NCBI GenBank assembly: GCA_016748015.1
Contig: JAAOMT010000176.1
Span: 358,434 to 422,433 of the forward strand
DNA: 64,000 bases
Direction: 5' to 3'
Source: Geosiphon pyriformis uo1
Taxonomy: Eukaryota; Fungi; Glomeromycota
Position numbers and translations under genes: made by a program. This document shows, piece after piece, positions 37,684 through 50,078 of the stretch. The notes beneath the pieces were generated by a model. It saw nothing but the letters and a program-made list of their open reading frames with translations. It had not been told where the DNA came from and searched no databases. Positions within the stretch are counted from its first letter, which is position 1; every line of letters begins with the position of its first letter.

Positions 37684-38379
37684 TGTTCTTAAAATCGAGC
37701 TTCAGAAAGACAAGAGGTAGGCAAGAATTTGAGGTCTGCCCAATACCACCAAACTTGTGCCATGGTTTGTTGATCTACAACCTTTATTGGCTAATTATTG
37801 GGGTTTATTCACAATATTAATTTACGATAATCGTCCTCTAGATTTTTGATTATAATATACAGTGAGTGGTTGAAGGAGGTGCTATTTTTATAAGCTGCTT
37901 CCATTGTTAGGCAATTCTCGCAATGAATTCTAACAGTTTCACAGCAAGATGGTAAATTTGTAGTGCGAGAATCGCAGATCCCTTTGGCTTTCAAGTCTTT
38001 ACTCCAAAAATCCCTGGTAAAAAGGGTACCCTGAGGATCGCTTTTGGCAGAATGTTGCCTTAGCAAAGCCGTTAAGATCCACGTATTCCCATTAATAAAT
38101 AATTTAGAAAGAAATGAGAAGATCAATCTTACACATTGCTTCTAATAAAAAGTTTCAGGCTCATGAGTCCACTTGTGGTCGCACGAATGTAGATTTTCAC
38201 ATAGTGCGAAACACAAAACGTCTTGGTAGGCCCAATTAAAGTTAAAGAAAAAAGGTTACTCATCTAAAGGTTTATAGATTAAATGTTAGTTCTAATCGAA
38301 TAGAAGAAAGAGAGAGATATATATATATATATAAAAACGTATATTTTCAAAAAGCTTCTTGACCTCAATTAGAAAATTA

Positions 38380-40820
38380 TTACCGAGGAGGATTTGTCTC
38401 GGTTGACGGTCCTGCAGAAGGTCTTTCAGGGAGAGTATGGCGCTGACGATTATTTTTCCGGGAACCATTACGATCTCCGTTTCTAACACGATCTCGATCA
38501 CGCGAGCGATTTCGCTTTTGGGTGTTTCGTTCTCTACGAGGCCGAGAATTTTCGGTTCCTGATTCAACACGAGAAGATCTACGACCATCCTCTTGTTGAG
38601 CTATTTTTTTATACTTCCTAAGATCGTATTCATGAGAATCTTCATATGCTGGGAGACTAGAAAAATTTAAGCTTTTACTCATTTGAAACTGCAATTAAAA
38701 CAGCGTAGTTTGAGAAAACTTACTCTTTCGGGTCCGAGGGCAATGGGTCAGTCCAAAAGTAGTCATCATCAAGGGCGCTAAATGCGGTCAATCGATTGGA
38801 TGGATTCAAGACTAATAACTGATCTAATAATTTTGCAGCCTTCGTTCCATAACTTTAAATCATCGATGCAACTAATATTAGTGAGATTCAGATATAGTGT
38901 ACAGTATTATTCGTTAAAATTTTTAACATACCTATCATATTCTGACCTGACAACTCTTTGATAATTACCCGGTGCCTTTACGTCTTTAGACAAAGGGAGT
39001 TCTTTCCAATTTGGCCAGGATTCTTCGGTTGGGGAGCCACAAAGTTGAAATATGATTTCCAATTGGTCGAAATCCGATCGTCCCGGAAGAATAGGTTTTC
39101 CTTTTAACATTTCTGCAAAAACACATCTAAAAACCAATAAAATGAAGCCGAGCAGAAAATTGCAATGAATTGGTAGAGATTTGCAGAGAAAATGAAGACA
39201 GAAAAGCAGATTCAATACCCGACTGCCCACATGTCGATGGCCGTAGTGTATCTTTTTTCGCCAAGTAAAAGTTCGGGTGGTCGATACCAGCGGGTTACAA
39301 CACAGCCGGTTAATGATTTATCTTGCATTGGTCGAGATAGACCGAAATCTGCTATTTTTAAGATTCCTTGATTGTTTATTAACAAATTGGCGGCTAATTA
39401 AGAAAAATAAGGCTAAGTGAATGTTATAAATCTTAATTTTAAAGAACATAGGCAATAGGTTCCGAATACTAAATACCTTTCATGTCCCTGTGCAAAATTC
39501 GGTTTTGATGGAGATAAAAAGTACCTTCCAAAAGTTGTTTAAGATAGCATTTGATTTGAGCTTCACTGAATTGAACGTTAGGATTTTCTAATAGACCTGC
39601 GAGGTCATGATCCATGTATGGAAAAACCATGTATATTGAAGGTGACACTTCGGCGTCGGTGGCTAGCAAAGAAGCCTCATTAGATAAATTTATAAGGGGT
39701 TTGAGCTTGAAAATATTTTTAAAAAGAATAAAAATTTACACTCGCTGTATCGGATAGCAAGATCATTTAGGCTAATGACATTTGCGTGATTAAGTTGTCG
39801 TAAAATTTTTATTTCGCGTATTGCAGTTATTGGAATTCCCTCTTTTTCGTTATGCATTATGATTCTTTTGAGAGCCACGACATTCCCGGTCACATTATGC
39901 ATACCTTTATGAACCTCACTTTTGAATTGATACGTCAAAACCGATGATAATTATATAGATTAATAAAAAATCAGGCACTTAGCGGGAAAATTTCGGAATT
40001 ATTAAGGGCTTCAGTACCCAAAGGTCCCTTCCCCAAGCTTATTGAGTATTGTGTAATCGGTAATTGATGAACATCCAGCAAAAGGATGATCCCTGCCTTG
40101 CAAAAACGAGTCACATTCATGTTTAGCGTAGACCGAAGTGTAAAAAGAACACCCTCCAAATACTCACGGATATTCATGATGTTCTAGTGGGAATGGCTCT
40201 ATATCAGGACGCGGAGTAGAAGGTGCGTATGGAGAGGGGGATCCAGATGAAGGATAGCCGCCATTTTGTTCTGGACCAATCGGTGAATAGGATGAGGATT
40301 GGAAACGATTATCTCCATTTATTCTTGGAGTCACAGGTTGAGAGGGCGGACTCAAATGTTGATCAGGTGAATTCGATGAATCAGATAACTTTGCATCATA
40401 AATATTAATTGGGGAAAAAGAAGAGGGCGAAAGATTGACCCTACTTGCTGCAGCTGGAGTGGAATGAGGTTGAGGTGTGGTGGAGCTATTGTATCCATCT
40501 TGTATTGGACTGTGAAAGCGATAAGGGCTTTCAGGCCTCGACTCTTCAATAACATCTTGCATTTCCTCTTGAATTTCTTCTGGCTCTTGCTGAAAGTCTA
40601 ATTGTTCGTCAAATTCAGAATTGACCACTTCTGGGGCTGAACCATAATCGTCCTCCCCCTCTTTCCCTGCTTGTAATGATAGTTCGTTTTCAATCATATT
40701 ACTTTCGGCTTCTGCTTGTGTTTCAGTTTCAACTGTAGGGTTTAAATCGAGCTCTATATTTCCTGTTCCATCTTCCAAATCGTTTTCGGCGTAAATTGGT
40801 GGGGTAAGTTCGTCGTCCAT
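38380..40820 (-). CDS. BUR1: Cyclin-dependent CTD kinase, Bur1/Sgv1/Cdk9-like, 8 exons: 40820-40168, 40092-40018, 39918-39739, 39662-39477, 39393-39219, 39126-38932, 38852-38724, 38656-38380
   Basis: [89 protein letters not shown]; GT-AG introns in phase. 3' end less certain. Confidence 0.9.
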
Positions 40821-41491
40821 AATTTAGAAAAAAGAACAAAACTCGATTGTGGATATTTGGTTTCAAATAATTCTTGTGAATTTTTGTTGATCTCTGATGA
40901 AGTTCCAATAACAGATAGAATTGAACTGTATATCACAAATATTTAAATATCACAATTTCCAAAATGCTTAAAGAACTGCATCTTTAATTAATGTTGTAAT
41001 TATAAGTACACTAAAAAACTATATTTTTTATTGAAATTTGTTTTAAAATTAATTATATTTCCTTAATCAAAAAATTATTATATTTAATTATTGAAAAATT
41101 GAAAAATATTATTTTAATAAAAAATTAAAATAATAAAGTTTTTTTAAATTAAAATTTTTTTATTTTATATAAAATAAATTACTTGTTTATTTATTTATTT
41201 CTTAATTATTATTAATTATTTAATAAATAATTATATTATTTTACTTTAAAAAATTCAAATAAATAAAAAAATTATATTATTAATTTGTATTTAAAATTTA
41301 ATTTTTATAAATATTTTAATTTAAAGTTTTTTAAAAAGTTTAATATTAATAAAAATTAAACAAAATTTGATTTTTTTCATTTTTAAATTTTTATAATTCA
41401 ATTAAAATAAAAAATTAAATATTTTTTTATTATTTTTAATAATTTTAATATTAAAAAAAATCTTTTTAAAAATAAAAACAATTATTTAGAA

Positions 41492-42383
41492 TGTTAGTAC
41501 AAATAACAAACTTATAATTTGGTCCTTAATAGCTTAATGCTATTAATAATTTCTGAAGATTTTTGTGATCTGAAAGTTTTGGTTGAGTTTTTTGTATAAT
41601 AAACAGAGATTCAATAATTGTTTTAGTACTCTCTTAGAAACTTATTCTGTGAATTTTTTTTTTAGCATGGTGACTAGTTTATTTTAATAGTTGTGTTCTT
41701 CTGATAAGCTATTTTTAAATTTTTATCCTTGTTTTACAGGTTTTTTATCAGGCTATCTTTAATATTAATAACTCAGTACTTAATCTCTTTAATCAGTTTA
41801 ATAAACAACAAAAAATAAAGCAAAAAAAATAAAAATAAAAATAAAAAAAACAAAAAAAAACAAAAAATTAATATCCTATCAATAGCCATAATTAAGAATT
41901 ATTGGTCTAGTATAATTAAGTATTGAATTCTATCAATATAAAGTATTAATAGAATAAAAATAATGAATATTTTTTAATTAGACAATAATAATATAGATTC
42001 AAGTAATAATTGGTATTTTATTAATATGTAATTGATTCTATTTTAAATTATAAAAAACTATCTTTTGAAAGAAAGGATATTGAATAGTTAATTAATTATT
42101 GAGATTGATTTTGAATTGAATTCTGTTTTTTTCTGCTTTTAATACTCTTACTATATATATATAATTAATGTTATATAAGATTCCTTGAATTTCTTGAATT
42201 CTTTTAATTCTTCTAATCAAAAATCTTGAAATTCCTAGAATTTTGTAATTTCTTGAGAAAAATCCTGAAATTTCTGGAATTTTGCAATTTCTTAAGAGAA
42301 ATTCTGAAATTTTTTTTTACTATGCCTATTTTTAATTGGCTAATTTATATTTCTATGAAATTTTCAAATTTTTTTGAGTAACA
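41492..42383 (-). repeat. Decayed solo LTR family 1
   Basis: Homologous to 44833-45730; ends GAGTAACA; left end looks internally shortened and the flanks do not match. Confidence 0.8.
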
Positions 42384-43416
42384 ACAGCATTTTTTTAAAG
42401 TATTTTTTCTAAGTATTAAAGCCATAAAACAGTTTTTAATTGTTAAAAAAAAATTTTGGCTTTAAATAAAAGTTTTTTTTAATTTTAAAATTTTTTTAAA
42501 TATTTAATTAAAATTAAAATTAATATAATTTTGGCTTTAAATAAAAATTTTTTGAGTAAATAATTTTTATTTTGATATTTAATAAAACATTTAAAATTAA
42601 ATAATTTCTTTTTTTTCTATATTTAAATTTACTAAAAAAAATTAATTTATTAAAAAAATTTTTTTAACTATTTAGTACAATAAATTCAAACTATTTTTGC
42701 TCAATTATAAAACTACTATTGCCTATAATATTGTTGTTATAAAGAAATCTATTGGAAATTTTGGCTCTAATATTGTTAATAAACCTATTCTATCAAAAAA
42801 AAAAGAAAAAGTGGTGTTTTAGAAAATAATATCAATGACAAAAAAGTTTTTACTAAAAAATTGAGTAACTGCTTTTGGAATTTAAATACTGATAATACTA
42901 TAAAGTCTAATAATATTGACATAAAAAAAAGTATTTAGTAAAAAAAATGCTTTTGAAAAGGAAAATTCTAATTAAACACCAAAAGATTTATAAATAAAAA
43001 CCAAAAAAGATTTAAAGAAGTTATTAAGAAAAATCAATTTTTTTAAGTAATAATAACAATGATGTTTTATTGGATGCTTTACTAATTTTTTTTTTCACTT
43101 TTAAAAAATTTAGTAAGTGTTTTTGTTAGAAAATCATTTATTTTAAATATTGGCTTAGATAAGATAGTTAAAAAGTTTTCTCAAAAAAAGCTTATAGTAA
43201 TTAAGAAGTTATTTTTAGAAATCAATTGTTTTAAAAGAACTTTAACTCTCTTAAAGTTTGTTGAAATTATCAGAATGATATTTATTTTGAAATCAAGTCT
43301 GACACAAGTTTTTGAAAAAATTAGAAGTGCAAAAATTTTAATAAATACCAATATCAAAAAATCTACTAAATAATTAAATTAAACTACAATAATAAAAAAA
43401 ATTTCAGTTGGTATAT

Positions 43417-44352
43417 TGTTACTAATAGAATTTTAGTCATTAAATTAGCATAAAATTACTTTATTAATAATTAGCATATATTAATATTATTTTAATTATC
43501 ACTTATTATATTAATCAAATTATTGAATATTACTATTTAATTAATAATCCAATTTGTATAATAAAAATTAGAATAATTAAATAACACAAGAATCCAAACT
43601 TTGTAAAATTTAAAAATTTGCAAAATATCTTAATAATTTACCAAAATTAGTCATAATTTGTAAAAACAATTTATAGTTTATCAAAATATATCTTTAGTTT
43701 ATCAAAATGATAGCAAAAAGAAAAGTTCAAGTTCATAAATTAGTATTATAACAAGTTATATAAAAGAAAAACTTTTCTCTTTAAGAAAATATATCTTACT
43801 TAAAATTATTTTATTTTTAATATATATTTATTATTATCATTCAAATAAAAACATATTTTAAAAAAACAATTTTCTAATCATTTGTACTTAAAATTTCTCA
43901 AAATTCAATTAATATTTTGAAATTAATTAGCTACCAATTTTAATAATCTATTAATGATACCAGACTTAAATAAAAAATGATTCTCTTGATAAAATCTTTT
44001 TTTTTTTACAATTTTTTTATTTTATTTTATTTTTTTATTATAATTATTAAAATAGTCTACAAATAAAATTTCTGTAGAAGAATTGACTTTTATTGCAAAG
44101 TAACTACATATTTTAATAAGCCTTCAAATAAGCAATTTTTGAAAAAAAGTTGATATTTACTACAATATAATTATATAAAATAACTGGCATAAAATTGGTT
44201 ATTTTATTTATAAGTTCAGTAGTTCAAATTATAAAAGATAATTTAAAAATAAATTCAGTTATTGAAGGTTTAACTATTTTCAAAAAATATAAACTTACAA
44301 CAAATAAATATTAATAGCATTCAAAAAAAAAGACTTAAAACCTCCAATAACA
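43417..44352 (+). repeat. Solo LTR family 3
   Basis: TGTTA...TAACA; TSD ATAT/ACAT; LINE ORF1 resumes after it. Confidence 0.9.
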
Positions 44353-44832
44353 ACATTAACCAAAACTGTGCATACAGCACTGTTTGGATTTGGATTAATT
44401 AAGTTAATTAAAATGCAATTGGTAGGAATATGACAAAAAGCTGTAGTGAAATTTAACCAATCTGATCAGATTAATTTGATTACAACAAAATAGTTTATTC
44501 TAATTGAAAAGAATACTATACAAATTGCCAAAACAGATAAAAACAAAAAATATTGGAATATAAGAGACAATTACAAAACATTGTTTTATACTCTTTTAGT
44601 AAAAACAAATACTTATAATATCTGGAATTTCATTGAATTAATTGGTAAGAAAACATGTATTATTAATTATTATTTAGTTATATATGTTAAGACCAGATAT
44701 ATAGTTATTTGTTTTGATTTTTCTGAATCATTGAATGCTATTATGAAAATTACATCAATGCTAAAAGACATCAATCTATACTAGTCTCATTTAAACTTTG
44801 CTAAATGTATAAAATATAAAAACTTAGACCAT

Positions 44833-45730
44833 TGTTACAGATGATTATTTGGGGTCTTAAATCAAATAACAAATCCATAACTTGGTGTTCAATGGATATA
44901 ATAATGTTGGTAATTTCTGAAAGTGTGTTTTTCTGAAGGTTTTGGTTGAGTTTTTTGTATAATAGACAGAAATTTAATTGATAGTTTTATTCATAGCTTT
45001 CCAAAACTGCAGTTTCGTCAATTTTTTTTTCAGTGTAATGACCAGTAATCTTCCTAGTAAGATATTCTCAATTTCGAGTGTCTATCCTTATTCCTGGGTC
45101 TTTTACCAGTGCTATATCCTGACATTAATACCTCTGCATATAAATTTTTTTAATCAAGTTTAACAAACAACAAAAAAAATAAAGCAAGAAAAAAAAATAA
45201 AAAAAATAAAAAAAAATAAGCCAAGGCAATTTGCATATTAGTATTCCATCAATAGTCATGATCAAGAGCTATTGTTCTAGTGTAGTTAAGTATTAATTAC
45301 TATCAACACTTTATGTTGATAGTAAAGAGTAGATTGAGATAATGAATAATTATTTATTGATATTTGTAAATGGAATGTTACTTAAATCAAATCTAAACTG
45401 AGAGATCTCTAAGTCTAATTAACTCTGAGAGTTCTGTTAACTCAGAGTCTTCTTGACTAATTTTCTAGCTTTTAATACTACTGCTATATATACATAAATT
45501 TTATTGTACAAGATTTCTTGAATTCTTCAATTCTCTAGCCAGAAATCCTGCAATTTTTTTGAGAGGAATTCTAAAATTCTGGAATTCTGCAATTTCTTGT
45601 ATGAAAATCCTGAAATTCCTGGAATTCTGCAATTTCTCTGAGAAGAATTCTAGAATTCTACTTTTACTACATTTATTCTAATTGGCTAATTTATGTACTA
45701 ATATTTAATTCCTATATTCTATGAGTAATA
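44833..45730 (-). repeat. Solo LTR family 1 (GAATTCC type)
   Basis: TGTTA...TAATA; TSD CCAT/CTAT. Confidence 0.9.
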
Positions 45731-47632
45731 CTATATATCTTTAAACTGTGCTATAAATAAAAATGTTTTTTCTGGTAAATTATTTTATAGAGTGTTTTCT
45801 AAAGTAAATAAAAGCAGACTGGCTGCTATTTATGCCAAGTAATCAACTTTTATAGCTTGTTTAGTGTTTTTTGGTGGTGTTTTTTGGACAAAAATTGTTA
45901 ATAAGTCTTTATTTTCTTCTCTTTTAATGCAAAATAGTTCTTTAAGTCTTGGCTTATCTTTGAAGATAAAGCTTTTTCCACTTGTTTTAAAAGAAGTGAA
46001 TAACAGATTTGCTACTTTTAAATACAGTCTCATTAGTCTTATAAAGCAAGTTGATAAGCTGGCTAAAAAGTTGAATACACTTGAACTAATGTTTCCCAAT
46101 CTAGTTTTGGATGTTAGTCATTGGTAATTTTATTATTACAGAATTAAAGAGCAGATATAGTAATAAGTAAAGATTTAAGTATAATTATTAATAGTAAAAC
46201 TATTATAAAAGTGATATTTTTAGATCAGTCAATAATTTCTAAGTTGAAAAACAGTTTGCAAAGTTTTTCAAATACAGTTCTAAATTTTTTAGCCAGAGCA
46301 AATAATATTGGTTTAGATTTGAGATTACATTTTTTTTAATGACCAATTTTGTTTAAAAAATTGTTATATACAATATTTAAGATATCAATGTTTTTACTAA
46401 GCAGAAAAATATTATTTATTAACATAAAAGTACTGAATATTTGATTTTAATTGTCATAAAAACTAAGTTAAGATCTAATTGCAGGTCTTAAATAATAAAC
46501 AAATTTAATAGAATTCGGGTTTTTGTTTTAAGACTAGATAAGAACTTTTTAAGTACTAATATAACAATAATTATGAATGTTTTTTTGGCTTATTATGTGG
46601 CCAAAATTAAAAAAATTCTGGACTATTTGATCTTAGTTCAACTACTTTTTAAGAATAAGTTTTTGGTTATAGTTTTGGGTTTGTATATATGTGCTTCTAT
46701 GGCAGCACAAGTTAAACAAATAATAAAAATAAATACAATTGTTGCTGAGATTATGATTTTTAGTTCTTTCATAATTGTTGGTAGAAATTTCAATAAAAAT
46801 AGTTTTGGTAAGAATTTAAGCTCTAAGTTGTGTTCAAGTTTGGATCTAATTAATGTTTTTAAGAATTAGTTTTTGCTTAAGATGCTTATATAGAACAATT
46901 TAAGAGAGGCTGCAAAAATTATTGACTATTTATTTATAAGTGAAAATTTTTTATTTTCAATGACTAAACAGATAGTTGTTAATATTTTTAAGTTCTTTGA
47001 CATAGACCACAAAGCTGTCTTGGTTTTGATTAGACTAGATAGTCTATTGAATATACAAATAGACATTATTTGGAAGCTGGATAACAAAAATGATTAGATG
47101 TTTAAAATTAAAGATGTAAATAACTTTAAGTGAATTGGCTTTAAGAATCACTTGTTATCTTTATTTTTTTGATAAAAAATAAATTTATTAATGCCAATAA
47201 CAGTGGTAATTTAAATATAATATAAGAAATTTTACAGAATATAATATTAAATTTGGCAGAAGGAATGTTTTTTAAGCAATAATACAATAAAGCAAAGTGC
47301 TTCTTTAATAAACAATTATTAAAATTTTATAAGTTAAAATTATTAATTGCCAAGTTTGTTAAAGCTTTTAGTATTGAAGACAATATACAATTTGATTATT
47401 TTCTATAAGTCTGGCTAATTACTAATTATGAAAAAGTCTTGAAAATCCAAAGCTTGATTTAGGATAGTGTAAAATTAAATAACATTTTTTGTAGCTTTTC
47501 AAGGATCAAAAAAAGGTATCACAAATTTAAGTTATATAAATTAAGGATTACTAAAACTGCAGTCATCAATGTTGTAATAGAAAAAAAAATGGAAAATTTC
47601 TGTTTAAATAAGAGCCAAATAATTAAGAGCAT

Positions 47633-48495
47633 TGTTACTCATAAAATATAAGAAGTATATTAGCATATAAATTAGCCAATCAGAAGTAGCTGTAGTAAAT
47701 GTGGAATTCCAAGATTTTTCTCAGGAGAAATTGCAGGATTCCAGGAATTTCAGGATTCTTGTACAAGAAATCACAGGATTTCAGAATTCCAGAATTCTTC
47801 TCAAAAGAAATTGCAGAATTTCAGAAATTCCAGGATTCCTGGTGTGAAGAATTAAGGAATTGAGGAATCTCAATTATGTATATATAGTAGTAGCATTAGA
47901 AATAAAAAAGACAGACCTCTCTGTTTAGATTTAAATCTAAGCAATCTTCTACATCACAAATATCAATAAATAATTATTTACTATCTCCAATTTCACTCTT
48001 CATTATCAACACTTCATGTTAATAGCAATTAATACTTAATTACATTGAAACAATAGCTCTTGATCATGGCTATTTACAGGATACTAACTTGTATACTGTC
48101 TTGGCTTATTTCTTTATTTTCTTTTATTTTCTTTTTTTTATTTATTTTTTTTATTTGATTTTATTGTTGTGCACTAATTGATTAAAGAAAATAATGTGCA
48201 GAGTTACTGACATTAAAGTAACTAGTAAAAAACCCAGGAATAAGAGTAGAACACTCAATTGAGGATAACTTATCAGGGAGAATACTGGCCATTACGCTGA
48301 AAAAAAAATTAACAAAACTGTGGTTTCAGAAAGCTACAGATAAACACTATTGAATCTTTGTTTATTATACAAAGGACTCAACCAAAACCTTTAGATACAA
48401 ACAACCTTCAGATAAAATTACCAATCAGAACATTAATTAAGCACCAAGTTATGGGTTTGTTATTTGCTTTAAGACCCAAATAATCACCTGTAACA
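47633..48495 (+). repeat. 5' LTR of F, family 1 (GAATTCC type)
   Basis: TGTTA...TAACA followed by TT-TGGTGCTTCCTATG. Confidence 0.92.
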
Positions 48496-49135
48496 TTTGG
48501 TGCTTCCTATGAAGTACAATTCTATAGAGAACCAGCACCAACAACAACCATCCAAACAGTGGCAGAATCTGAAGAAATAGGAACAAACCACTTGGAATTT
48601 GCAAAATCTTTATTCCAACATTATCACACCCATCTCAGATTAACAAATAATAGTTGACCAACAGAATTAGCTTTCAATTGCTATGTCAATAAAAGAATAG
48701 TATATCACTTGGAAGACCAAAGAGATCCAAAATTTGCTTTTAATAACTTCTTCAATGAATTGCTCCAAAGCACCACTTTTCCACAAAATCACTTATTTGC
48801 ACTTCTAATTACAGAAGTAAATAGGAAAATTGAAAAATACACCAAACAGAGATTCTCTATCACGTTTGCTGACAAAGGAAAAAGAAGGTTACAAACACCA
48901 GCAGGAACACCAAAGCAAATCCAACTACCCACTTGAAAGAAACAAAGATTTGATTTATTTGCTAATCCATCATATCACCACACACCCGGAAGCACTATTA
49001 ATATAATAAACATAGCTACAACAAGTGCAACAACATCACTAAATAGAATCCCATTCCAAAGTAAACAAAAGAAAGCAGAGTTATTAGGAACATATGGTGA
49101 TTATTTCAAGAGATTTAAATCGCGATCTCCAATGC

Positions 49136-50078
49136 TATTATAAGTAATTATTTAGGGTCTCAAAGCAAATAACAAACCTGTAACTTGGTGCTCAATTAAT
49201 ATATTGTTGTTTTATTTAAAAGTTTTGTTATAGAATTTTTTGTATAATAGACAGAAATTTACTATGATTGGTTTTGGTTGATTTCTCAAGTCATTTTCCC
49301 AATTTCTGTCTTCAGCATGGTGGCTGGTTTAATCTGGCAGTCGTGTCTTTCTGGTAAGCTATTCATTAATATATATAATTCTATTCTTATTTCTGGGTCT
49401 TTTACCAGGCTATCTTTGATGTTAATTATTCAGTGTTTAATCTCTTTAATCAATAGTAAATTAACAAACAAAAGAAAAGAAAAGAAAATAAAATAAAATA
49501 AAAAGAAAATAAGAAATTAGAAATAAGCCAAGGCAATTCAAGTTAGTATCCCATCAATAACCATGATCAAGAGCTATTGTTTCAGTGTAGTTAAGTGTTG
49601 GATTTTATTAACATGAAGTGTTGATAAATGGAAGAGTAATTATATTTTCAAACAAACAACAATAACATGAATTTGAAGAATTGGAGAGATCTTTTATTTA
49701 TATAATTCCATTTCGGTTGATAACAACTATCCTTAAAATGAGAGTTAATAAATAGAAAAGAAAGGGGATTATTTTAAATTAATAAAACTCTATTGAATTC
49801 TCCAAAAATTCTTGAATTCTCTTGGAATTACTTTTTCTGCTTTTAACACTCTCACTATATATATATAATTTATGTTATATGAGATTCTGCACATTCGTGA
49901 ACAATGTGTCTGTAATTTCTAACAATATGCTTATTGCTGAACAATGTGCTGTGATTCTCTGACAATGCTTCACATTGCTGAGCAATGTGCTTATGTGCTA
50001 AATACTATTCTCTTATTGGTCTATTTTTCCTATTTGTTTTTTCTACTATTTTCTTGTATTCTTTTTCTATGAGTAACA
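49136..50078 (-). repeat. Solo LTR family 1 in gag of F, antisense
   Basis: TATTA...TAACA; flanks ATGC/ACAC are both derivable from ACGC. Confidence 0.88.

Larger units (their letters stand above)
42720..47632 (+). mobile_element. Old decayed LINE (ORF1 and APE part of ORF2), interrupted by two solo LTRs and cut by element F
   Basis: ORFs 44581-44784, 45864-46127 and 46573-46869 match ORF1/ORF2 of the young LINE (FFGGVFWTKI, LGLY...S); ORF2 start near 46338. Left boundary approximate. Confidence 0.85.

Noticed and set aside
37809-38126. 105-aa ORF between the two host genes
   Set aside because: No ATG start, no recognisable motif; lies in the probable kinase 3'UTR or AP-2 mu promoter.
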